A DNA stretch of 64,000 bases from Myxococcota bacterium (GCA_965228475.1 OZ245817.1:2944001-3008000), one strand, 5' to 3'; positions 30,854-38,827 are shown, counted from the stretch's first letter. Numbers and translations: made by a program. Notes: a model not told the origin generated them from the sequence alone.

Positions 30854-31431
30854 GCTTCCAAGGCTCGCTCGGCGAGGCGTTCCATTTGACGACGAAGGGC
30901 CTCGCGATCGGGAAACGCGTCGGGCTCCAAGAAGAACTGAAAGAGCAGGCCGTCGACGGCTCCGATGAGCGAAGCCGCTGCGAGGTCGGGGTCGAAGTCA
31001 CCCGATAGCTCGCCTTCGCTCTGACCGGTTCGAAGTACGCCGGACAACTCGGCGCGAACCTCTCGAAAGAAGCGGCGAAAGCGCGCCGTGTCGCTGAGGC
31101 GGAAGTCGTAGAGCATCCGCCCGAGGGCGGCCCACTCGTCGAAGAGGGTCAGAAGGGAGTCGAGCAGGTGGCGCACCCGCTCCTTCGCAGAGCCCTCGGC
31201 GCGCAGGCACGCGCGGAAGACCGCGCGTTCGTTCTCGAGCGCACCGCGAACGAGATCGCGCAGCAGCGTGTCCTTGTCCGGGTAGTAGTGGTAGAGGGTC
31301 GAGCGCCCGATCCCGGCGGCCTTCGCCACGTGGGCGAGCCCCGTGCCGCGGACGCCGCGTCTGGAGAACGTGCGCCGCGCGGCCCTTCGGATCTCGTCTC
31401 GCTGGCTCTCGGGATCGACGATCTTGGGCAC
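30850..31431 (-). CDS. TetR-family regulator
   Basis: MPKIVD..GTGLAHVAKAAGIGRSTLYHYYPDKDTLL. Confidence 0.92.
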   Translation of the reverse strand: MPKIVDPESQRDEIRRAARRTFSRRGVRGTGLAHVAKAAGIGRSTLYHYYPDKDTLLRDLVRGALENERAVFRACLRAEGSAKERVRHLLDSLLTLFDEWAALGRMLYDFRLSDTARFRRFFREVRAELSGVLRTGQSEGELSGDFDPDLAAASLIGAVDGLLFQFFLEPDAFPDREALRRQMERLAERALEA

Positions 31432-31437
31432 TCGTCT

Positions 31438-31480
31438 TTTATAGACATGATTGTCGATAAAGACAACGATGTCGATAAAA
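31438..31480. promoter_or_regulatory. Tandem operator-like inverted repeats (GACA-N4-TGTC twice)
   Basis: TTTATAGACA-TGAT-TGTCGATAAA followed by AAAGACA-ACGA-TGTCGATAAA just upstream of tetR. Confidence 0.55.
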
Positions 31481-31623
31481 GCTCAACGCAATCTGGCGCC
31501 GAGGGCCGGATCCACACGAGGCCGCCCGAGCCGCAAGCCCTTGGATTCGCTCAGGTCTTCCGAACCGGACGCGGGAGCGCAGCCGCAACTAGCGGCACAA
31601 CCAACTGATTTCGTTCGAGAAAT

Positions 31624-31989
31624 TGGTGGAGGCGGCGGGAATCGAACCCGCGTCCGCATGGGATCCACCGACAGCGTCTACGTGCGTAGTTCCCGATCGA
31701 TCTCGGCGGCGCCAGGCTCGGGGACGGGCGAAGCGCAACCCAGGCAGACTTGTGTCTCGCTCCCGGATGCGGCCTGCCAGCGGCCGGGAGCCAGCTTCCT
31801 GATGACGGCCGCGACCCGCTAGGAAGCGTCACGGACGGCCGTCGCTAGTTCCTAGGTGTTAGCTAGGCAGCGAGTGCGTAATTATCGTCGGCAATTATCA
31901 TTACCAACATGCCAGCTAGTTAACGAGGTGGCTGACGACCTCGGCACGCAGCTCCCAGCTTCCACCACCCGTCGAAGCCAGTCGCCCCC
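31624..31989 (-). ncRNA. ssrA: Transfer-messenger RNA
   Basis: 5' GGGGGCGACTGGCTTCGAC; 3' T-arm GGTTCGATTCC and CGCCTCCACCA; tag ORF ADDNYALAA* at 31892-31863. Confidence 0.97.
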
Positions 31990-31999
31990 TTGAACCCCA

Positions 32000-32027
32000 A
32001 GGGTAGGCACGATCCCGCCCCTGGCAA
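32000..32027 (-). promoter_or_regulatory. Putative ssrA sigma70 promoter
   Basis: TTGCCA-N16-TACCCT about 10 nt upstream of the mature 5' end. Confidence 0.45.
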
Positions 32028-32089
32028 CCCGCCTCCCAAAAAGCCTCAGTTCGGCGCGGCGTACTGGAGCGTCTTGCGGTTGTCGTGCT
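32019..32089. repeat. 71-bp direct repeat, copy 1
   Basis: 69/71 identical to 34844-34914. Confidence 0.92.
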
Positions 32090-32180
32090 GGGAACCAGCG
32101 ACGGTTGACCTTGCCGGCCAGTCTTTGAGATGGTGATGGGAGTGTCTAGAGGAACCACACGCTAACAAGGGAGCCTAGGG

Positions 32181-32756
32181 ATGCTGGTCCGACTGTACCT
32201 CGCTCTCGCATCAGCGCTCGCAGGCGCTACTGCGGAGGCCACCGACGTTGGCCAGATCTACGCAAAGTGCCACCAGTCCAGGAGCGGACATGTGTCGGTC
32301 GTGAGCTTTCAGCCATACGCTGAGGGGCCGGGCGCCCCAACGACTACCGGCTGGACGCTGGAGGGGATGAGCAACAATATCCACGCGTGCTACGCGCCCA
32401 GCTATCAAGAAGCGACGGACCTCGCCTACCAGATCTGCAGGGAACACCGACGCCAAGCCCTCGCACGGACTCAGAGGCGGGGGTTTGGAACGTACCTCGC
32501 GCTTGAGTGTTCGGTCAGGGGCTCGACTACCCACGCTGGCGAGGTCGGAGGCTGCGTTGTCGCTCACTCGCGAAAAGGCTTTCACGGGGTCAACTGCTAT
32601 CAAGGGCGCAGCGACTGGGCGAAACTCGCGGAAGCGGAGGCGCGCCAGGAGTGCGCTTCAGCGGCGATGGCCCAAGCCACGAAAGTAGACACGTCGTCTG
32701 CCAGCAAGGACTGCGGAACCCTCGACCTCTGGTTGCTGCCCCTAGACGTTCCCTAG
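32181..32756 (+). CDS. Secreted Cys-rich hypothetical protein
   Basis: AAGGGAG RBS, signal peptide, 8 Cys. Confidence 0.6.
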   Translation: MLVRLYLALASALAGATAEATDVGQIYAKCHQSRSGHVSVVSFQPYAEGPGAPTTTGWTLEGMSNNIHACYAPSYQEATDLAYQICREHRRQALARTQRRGFGTYLALECSVRGSTTHAGEVGGCVVAHSRKGFHGVNCYQGRSDWAKLAEAEARQECASAAMAQATKVDTSSASKDCGTLDLWLLPLDVP

Positions 32757-32981
32757 CGCGCCAATCGCACGTCTCCGCTGTCGAGACAGCTCGAACGCAT
32801 GACTTCGAGGGTTCTCATCAGACCAAGACTGTCGGCACCGGAGTCACGCCGAGGCAGAGAGAAGTTCGGCGGCGACGGTCGCCACTACTAGGAGGCTTGC
32901 CAGTAGCATCGCGCTACTCTCAGGAAAGACTGTGGCGGGCTGTCCGAGGAAGCGCAGCCCTAGCTGCGAACAGGAGAGTAG

Positions 32982-34157
32982 GTGGCCAGAGGCAAGAACA
33001 AGGCTGCTCGCGATTCGGTACTTCGCTTTACCAATCTACGGCTGGAAAACTGGAAGAACTTCACATCAATCGATGTTGAACTCCAACGTCGCGTCTTTCT
33101 GGTCGGGCCCAACGCATCCGGAAAATCGAATCTATTCGACGCACTTCGCTTCCTCAGAGATGTCGCTTCCGTCGGCGGAGGACTCGCTAAGGCAGTCGAG
33201 CACAGAGGTGGAATCAGCTCAATACGCTCGCTCTCAGCTCGCAGGTACTCGGATATCGTGGTTGTTGCTGAGCTCTCGAGCGCACGAGGTGACGAACACT
33301 GGAAGTACGAACTGGCTCTCACCCAAGACAACCAGCGCAGGCCAAGAGTCAAGCGAGAGATCGTAACAAAGGGCCAACGGGTCTTACTCAAGCGACCTGA
33401 CTCAGACGACGACAACGACTCAGAAAGACTAACGCAGACCCACCTGGAACAGGTTCAAGTAAACAAGGCCTTCCGTGATCTCGGCTCGTTTTTTTCCTCT
33501 ATCCAATACCTCCACATCGTTCCGCAACTAGTACGGGAACCTGACAGGTCGGTTGGAAAGACGGATGACCCCTTCGGAGGGGACTTCTTGGAGCAGGTTG
33601 CACGAACACCGGCGCGCTCACAAGAAGCGCGCCTTCGTCGAATTGCAGATGCGTTGAAGGTAGCCGTTCCGCAACTGAGCAAGCTGGAACTCTGGAAGGA
33701 CGAGGCCGGCGTTCCTCACTTGCGAGGTCGATATCAGCACTGGCGCCCGCAGGGCGCGTGGCAAGGAGAGGACCAGTTCTCGGACGGGACCTTGCGCCTT
33801 ATGGGGCTTCTCTGGGCCGCGCAGGGAGGGCGAGGACCGCTGCTCCTTGAGGAGCCCGAGCTCTCTCTCCATCCGGGTGTCGTCCGCTACCTACCCCAAC
33901 TGTTCGCGCGACTCCAGCGCAAGAGCGGACGGCAGCTCTTCATCAGCAGCCATTCCCCGGAGCTCTTCCTAGACCCTGGGATTGGGCTTGACGAGGTACT
34001 CTTGTTGTCTCCCCTCGCAGAGGGAACCATCGTCAACACGGCTTCGACCGTCAGCGAGGTGAAAGACCTGCTGGAGGGCGGCGCGAGCCTTGCCGACGTA
34101 CTCATGCCGATCACGAGACCTAGGCGAGCCGATCAACTCGTACTGTTCGACCTCTAG
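32982..34157 (+). CDS. ABC-type (AAA_21/AAA_15-like) ATPase
   Basis: Walker A GPNASGKS, signature FSDGTLR, Walker B LLLEEPE, H-loop SSHSP. Confidence 0.9.
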   Translation: MARGKNKAARDSVLRFTNLRLENWKNFTSIDVELQRRVFLVGPNASGKSNLFDALRFLRDVASVGGGLAKAVEHRGGISSIRSLSARRYSDIVVVAELSSARGDEHWKYELALTQDNQRRPRVKREIVTKGQRVLLKRPDSDDDNDSERLTQTHLEQVQVNKAFRDLGSFFSSIQYLHIVPQLVREPDRSVGKTDDPFGGDFLEQVARTPARSQEARLRRIADALKVAVPQLSKLELWKDEAGVPHLRGRYQHWRPQGAWQGEDQFSDGTLRLMGLLWAAQGGRGPLLLEEPELSLHPGVVRYLPQLFARLQRKSGRQLFISSHSPELFLDPGIGLDEVLLLSPLAEGTIVNTASTVSEVKDLLEGGASLADVLMPITRPRRADQLVLFDL

Positions 34158-34168
34158 GACCCCCGAGA

Positions 34169-34774
34169 GTGCCCAGGAAGGTCGTGAATGCAGCAGTTGA
34201 AGGTGTCGTAGACGAGGCTGTGGCAAGCCGCCTAATCGCTGATGCCGGCGGTGAGATGGGCCAAGTCTTCGGAAAGTGTGGACGACCGGCGGTAGTCGAC
34301 AAGGTCCTTTCCTACAATAGTGCAGCGAGGCACCGACCCTGGTTCATCCTAATGGACCTTGATCGCGATGAGTGCGCACCCTCTCTCCTAGCAGACTGCC
34401 TGCCACCAGAAAACCACGCACGCGGCCTGTGTTTCCGCATCGCGGTTCGAGAGGTTGAGTCATGGCTGCTCGCCGACCGAGACACGATCGCGCGCTACCT
34501 CTCAGTGAGTAGGGACTTGATACCACCTGACCCCGAGTCACTTGCGGACCCCAAGGCCACCCTGGTAGCTCTCGCGAGCAGGTCTCGGGCACGTACGGTC
34601 AAGGACGACATGGTACCAACCCCTGCGTCCGGGCGGCGAGTAGGACGGCTATACGTCGCCAGGCTGGTCGAATTCGTCCGAGACAAGTGGGACCTAACAG
34701 CAGCGTCGAAGGGCAGCCAAAGCCTTCGCCAATGTCGCCGACGTCTCCGCGAACTAGTTCTATCGCCTCCGTGA
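34169..34774 (+). CDS. TOPRIM-like putative nuclease (DUF4276-like)
   Basis: VEGVVDE, DLD (DxD), EVESWLLAD, DPK; 11 nt after the ATPase. Confidence 0.78.
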   Translation: MPRKVVNAAVEGVVDEAVASRLIADAGGEMGQVFGKCGRPAVVDKVLSYNSAARHRPWFILMDLDRDECAPSLLADCLPPENHARGLCFRIAVREVESWLLADRDTIARYLSVSRDLIPPDPESLADPKATLVALASRSRARTVKDDMVPTPASGRRVGRLYVARLVEFVRDKWDLTAASKGSQSLRQCRRRLRELVLSPP

Positions 34775-34843
34775 AACCCGAGAGCTAGCTGCCCAGTCTC
34801 TGGTGCTTCGGCTGTGCCAGGCTCGGGGACGAGCGCAGCGAAA

Positions 34844-34914
34844 CCCTGGCAACCCGCCTCCCAAAAAGCCTCACTCCGGCGCGGCGTACTGGAGCGTCTT
34901 GCGGTTGTCGTGCT
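34844..34914. repeat. 71-bp direct repeat, copy 2 (includes the 3' end of the CARDB-like gene)
   Basis: Matches 32019-32089. Confidence 0.92.
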
Positions 34915-35503
34915 CGTTGGGCTCCGGGACGAGGTTCCCGGGGTCGATCGTCGCCGTGACCGTGTAGAAGCAGTCCGGCGGGTTCCGCCACTCCTCGCCG
35001 TCGTCCGGCAGGACGTCGAGCGTCTTCACGCGCTCTTCCGAGTGGGGCGGGAAGATCGCCTGGGGCCACTGGTAGACCGACGGCTTGATCTCGACGATCT
35101 TCGTCGCATCGCAGGTGAGGGTGATGCGGAGCTTCAGGATGCCCGGGGCGAAGGTCGAGACGCCCGCGCGGCGCGCGGTCACGCGGACCGGATCGCGCGC
35201 GTGGGCGGGCCGGGAGAGCTCGACGGAGAAGTCCGTGGGAATCACCGCGAGGCCTCCGCGACCGGGCTGCACGGTGTGCCGCTCGAGGACCCCGCCCGGG
35301 CCCGGCGCGGGCGGCGGCGGGTCCGGGTTGAAGCCCGGCCCGTCGACCTTGCGCTCGATCACGGAGGTCTTCGGCTCCGCCGTCGGCGACGCCTTCTTCT
35401 CGATCGTGCGCGAGGGCGCAACCCCCATGGAAGGCCGTTCGGCCTTCGCGGAAACGGGTGCGAAGCCGCAAGCCAGGAGGATCACGAGAGCGAAGCGACT
35501 CAT
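34871..35503 (-). CDS. Secreted protein with CARDB-like C-terminus
   Basis: GAGGAGG RBS, signal peptide MSRFALVILLAC, VTATIDPGNLVPEPNEHDN motif. Confidence 0.7.
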   Translation of the reverse strand: MSRFALVILLACGFAPVSAKAERPSMGVAPSRTIEKKASPTAEPKTSVIERKVDGPGFNPDPPPPAPGPGGVLERHTVQPGRGGLAVIPTDFSVELSRPAHARDPVRVTARRAGVSTFAPGILKLRITLTCDATKIVEIKPSVYQWPQAIFPPHSEERVKTLDVLPDDGEEWRNPPDCFYTVTATIDPGNLVPEPNEHDNRKTLQYAAPE

Positions 35504-36402
35504 TCCTCCTCGCCTCCCACGCGCGTCGGCGGTGCGACCTTCCAGCTCTGCGAGCCCCCGGGCACCCGCACCTTCTGTCCGACCGCATCCTGCTTCTGCG
35601 GATCCGCCGGTCGGACCTTCCAGCTCTGGCTCGCAGCCGGGTTCCCCGGCGCGTCGGACGGCGCGACCTTCCAACTCTGCGCGCCGCCCGGCAGGCGAAC
35701 CTTCTGCTCGCCCGTCGACGGCTGGTAGCGCTTCCCCTGCGGGACGGCGGGGACCGTGTTCGCCGCGCCCGGCGTCGCGAGCCCCTTCGCACCGCCGAGG
35801 ATGCCGACGCTCGTCAACTGGCACGTCACCGCCGTCGAGGGGTTCGTGAGGCCCTCGTACACCTGGTGCAGGCTCGAATCGTTCGGCGCGTGGTTCGCCG
35901 CGCAGTGGGCCGAGAACGTGATCGCGTCGCCGTAGAACTCCCCGTCGGAGACGAGCGTGACCTGCGCCGTCGACTTGAAGCTCCCGTCCGGGTTCGTGAG
36001 CGCCGCGGCGCACTGGGACTCCACGTTGTCGAGATCCCACGGCTCCGCGGTGAAGGCCTTCGTCGCCGTGCCCTGACCGGGCATCGCGCCGCCGAGGACT
36101 TCCTCGTAGGTCCCACCCTGCATGCCCCAGGCATCGCTGTAGCTGTAGACGGTGAAGGACGACGGATGGAAGCTCTGCGGACAGGTGAGCTTGGCGAGGA
36201 AGGGCACCGTCTCGTTCACGTTGTGGTGGGCGAGCACGAGGCCGCTCGGCCCCTGGGTCATCGGGACGTGCCCGCCGGTGCCCCCGGTCTGGGTGACCGT
36301 GGCGCCGGGCGCCGTCTGCTGCTGATAGGCTTCCTGCTGGGCCTGGGCCGGTGTGGCGCCGAGGGCGGCGCAGGCCGCGATCGAGGCGATCCATCGAGTC
36401 AT
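35500..36402 (-). CDS. Secreted hypothetical protein with C-terminal QSWKV repeats
   Basis: AGGAGG RBS, signal peptide ending AQA, ATGA overlap with the next gene. Confidence 0.72.
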   Translation of the reverse strand: MTRWIASIAACAALGATPAQAQQEAYQQQTAPGATVTQTGGTGGHVPMTQGPSGLVLAHHNVNETVPFLAKLTCPQSFHPSSFTVYSYSDAWGMQGGTYEEVLGGAMPGQGTATKAFTAEPWDLDNVESQCAAALTNPDGSFKSTAQVTLVSDGEFYGDAITFSAHCAANHAPNDSSLHQVYEGLTNPSTAVTCQLTSVGILGGAKGLATPGAANTVPAVPQGKRYQPSTGEQKVRLPGGAQSWKVAPSDAPGNPAASQSWKVRPADPQKQDAVGQKVRVPGGSQSWKVAPPTRVGGEEE

Positions 36403-36528
36403 GGTGCTCCTCCTGGTCTCCGAGCATGGGTGCCCGGAGCCGGCGATTCGGTATCACAGCTTCGACGCCCGGCGCCCGGGAAGATTCGCTGGGCCCTCGC
36501 CCCCACGCCCCAAGGGCATCCTCGGCCC

Positions 36529-37368
36529 CTAGGGGCACCCTCCGCCGTCGCAGAGGTTCCCGCCCAGGTTCACGCCGCCCGATACGGTGCCCCCGTTGGA
36601 ATTCAGAACGTTCCCCCGGTAGCCCGAGGTCCCGCCGAGCGAAATGCCGAAGCCGCCGTTCACGCCGAAGACCGAGCCCTCGACGAGGGAAGTGACCAGA
36701 ACGACCACGCCTTCGTCTTCGTTGTCGAGGGCGGAACAGCGGCTGACGACGGATCCGCCTCCGGCGTCGATCCCGTCGTCGGCGTTCGAGTTGGCCACGG
36801 AGTCCACGATCACCACGGTGTTCGCATCGATGCCGTCGCCCCCGTTCCGGGAGGCGTTGACGCGCGTGAGGATGCTCCCGCCGCCCGCCGTGATCCCGGA
36901 GCCACCGTTGCTCACGGCCCGGACGTCGGTCACCGAGCCGTCGTTGCCGACCGCGACGCCGTGGCGTCCGGCCCCGGAGACGACGCCTCCGAAGACCACC
37001 ACGCCCCGCTGCTCGAAGACCGAATCGACGGCGATGCCGTCCCCCGTGCCCGAGGCGGAACACACGGTCGTGTTGCCCTCGCAGACCACGGGGCCAAAGA
37101 TCCCGTGCCCGCCGAGGTCGATCGTGACGTTGCCTGCGGTGACCTGGATCCCGGTGGTGTTCACGGTCGCGAGCCGGAGATCGCTCGTCAGGCGGTAGCT
37201 GCGCCCCGCACGGCCATTGATGGTGACGGGGTAGCCCGCGGCGTCCCCCTCGAAACACCCCGTCGCCGCGCAGGCCTCGTTGATCTCGACCTGTCCGTCC
37301 ACCGCGTGCAGCGCGCCTCCAGAGAGGGCCAGCCCGACGATTCCCGTGAGAAGTGCAGCTCCGCGCAT
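36529..37368 (-). CDS. Secreted parallel beta-helix repeat protein
   Basis: Signal peptide; GYPVTI..SYRLTSDL, VTIDLGG, repeated N-G-x-x-G-I motifs. Confidence 0.8.
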   Translation of the reverse strand: MRGAALLTGIVGLALSGGALHAVDGQVEINEACAATGCFEGDAAGYPVTINGRAGRSYRLTSDLRLATVNTTGIQVTAGNVTIDLGGHGIFGPVVCEGNTTVCSASGTGDGIAVDSVFEQRGVVVFGGVVSGAGRHGVAVGNDGSVTDVRAVSNGGSGITAGGGSILTRVNASRNGGDGIDANTVVIVDSVANSNADDGIDAGGGSVVSRCSALDNEDEGVVVLVTSLVEGSVFGVNGGFGISLGGTSGYRGNVLNSNGGTVSGGVNLGGNLCDGGGCP

Positions 37369-37428
37369 TCTGATTCCTCCGCTCGACCTACCGATTATGC
37401 ACCGGCGCGAAGCCGCTAGCATGACTCC

Positions 37429-38322
37429 GTGCTGACCGTCGACCAGATCGCCGCCTTCCGCGAAGAGGGCGTCCTCCGGGTGGAGGAGCCGTTCCTCGCC
37501 GACGCCCTGGCGCCGCTCCAGGCCGACCTCGAGGCCTGGATCGACCGCCGCGCGCGCGAGGTCCAGGCCGGCGGCCACCTCGACGACCTCTGCGAGGGCC
37601 TCCCCTTCGAGCGCCGCTTCGCCGCGCTCTACGCGCAGTCGGGCTTCATGGCGGCGGGGCTCGACGTCCACCTGATGCGGACCCCGGCGCTGTTCGCGTT
37701 CCTCCGCAACGAAGCGCTCCTCGACGCCGTCGAGTGCCTGCTCGGCCCGGAGATCGTGCTGAACCCGATCCACCACCTGCGCGCGAAGCTGCCCCAGCCG
37801 CTCGTCCACGAGGTCATGGAGACCTACTTCAACGTCCCGTGGCACCAGGACTCGGGCGTCATGTGGGAGGAGGCCGACCCGGTCCCCGTGGTCGGCGTGT
37901 GGATCCCGCTCGTCGATGCAAACGAGGACAACGGCTGCATGCAGGTCATGCCCGGCGCGTTCCGCAGCGGACACCTCCCGCACCAGGCCGAGGGCGGAAC
38001 GACCCTCCGGCCCGACGTGCTCCCGGACGTCCCGCCGCGCACCCTGCCCTGCCCGCGCGGCGGCGCGATCTTCCAGGACAAGTTCACGCCCCACCGCTCG
38101 ACGCCGAACCGCACCGAGGGCGTGCGCTGGAGCCTCGACGTCCGCTTCCAGCCCGCGGGCACGCCGACCGGGCGGCCCTTCCACCCGGCCTTCTGCCTGC
38201 GCAGCCGGCGCGATCCCGCCGCCGAGGTGCGCGACCCGGCCGTCTGGGACGCGGGCTGGCGCGATGCGCTCGCGGCGCTCGAAGGCCAGCCGGAACCCAT
38301 GGCCCACCGGGTGGCGAGCTAG
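37429..38322 (+). CDS. Phytanoyl-CoA dioxygenase (PhyH) family 2OG-Fe(II) oxygenase
   Basis: PWHQD, WIPLVDANEDNGCMQVMPG, HRS..N..RWSLDVRF. Confidence 0.88.
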   Translation: MLTVDQIAAFREEGVLRVEEPFLADALAPLQADLEAWIDRRAREVQAGGHLDDLCEGLPFERRFAALYAQSGFMAAGLDVHLMRTPALFAFLRNEALLDAVECLLGPEIVLNPIHHLRAKLPQPLVHEVMETYFNVPWHQDSGVMWEEADPVPVVGVWIPLVDANEDNGCMQVMPGAFRSGHLPHQAEGGTTLRPDVLPDVPPRTLPCPRGGAIFQDKFTPHRSTPNRTEGVRWSLDVRFQPAGTPTGRPFHPAFCLRSRRDPAAEVRDPAVWDAGWRDALAALEGQPEPMAHRVAS

Positions 38323-38341
38323 CCGCAGTGGAACGAACGCG

Positions 38342-38803
38342 ATGATCGCGATCTTCATCGACGGGGATGCCTGCCCGGTCAAGGACGAGGTTTACGTCGT
38401 CGCCACGCGCTACGGGCTCGGCGTCGCGCTCGTCGCGAACCGCCGGCTCTACGTCCCGGAAGGCATGGGCATCGACATGGTGGTCGTGCCCGAGGGGCCC
38501 GACGCCGCGGACGACTGGATCGCCGAGCGCGTCGAGCCGGGCGACGTGGTCATCACCGCGGACCTGCCCCTCGCCGCACGCTGCATCGAAGCCGGCGGCT
38601 ACGTGCTCGGTTCGACCGGCCGCGAGTTCGACGAGAACTCGATCGGGGGGCTGCTCGCGACCCGGGATCTGAAGGAACACCTGCGCGGCGCCGGCATGGC
38701 GACGGGCGGCCCGCCCCCGCTCTCGGACCGGGATCGTTCACGCTTCGCCTCGAAGCTCGACGGGATCGTGCAGAAGAGCCTGCGCGCGCACGGCTTCCGC
38801 TAG
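38342..38803 (+). CDS. YaiI/YqxD (UPF0178) family protein
   Basis: IFIDGDACPVK, DAADDWI, VITADLPLA. Confidence 0.92.
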   Translation: MIAIFIDGDACPVKDEVYVVATRYGLGVALVANRRLYVPEGMGIDMVVVPEGPDAADDWIAERVEPGDVVITADLPLAARCIEAGGYVLGSTGREFDENSIGGLLATRDLKEHLRGAGMATGGPPPLSDRDRSRFASKLDGIVQKSLRAHGFR

Positions 38804-38827
38804 CGGCAGAACGGGATCGCTCCGGGA

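Larger units (their letters stand above)
28977..31619. mobile_element. Integrase-free tmRNA-associated cassette A (TetR + methyltransferase + HgcAB-like fusion)
   Basis: Bounded by J2 and the ssrA 3' end; no integrase ORF inside. Confidence 0.65.
32090..34843. mobile_element. Lower-GC insert between 71-bp direct repeats
   Basis: Visibly more A/T-ending codons than the flanks; flanked by the repeats; no recombinase. Confidence 0.65.

Noticed and set aside
26400..31650. CRISPR array or classical integron attC array
   Set aside because: Repeats are kb apart, derive from ssrA, lack attC R/L box palindromes, and no cas or intI gene is present.
31551..32158. ORFs 31551-31832, 31451-31822 and 31916-32158
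   Set aside because: They overlap the tmRNA gene and its promoter; no protein features.
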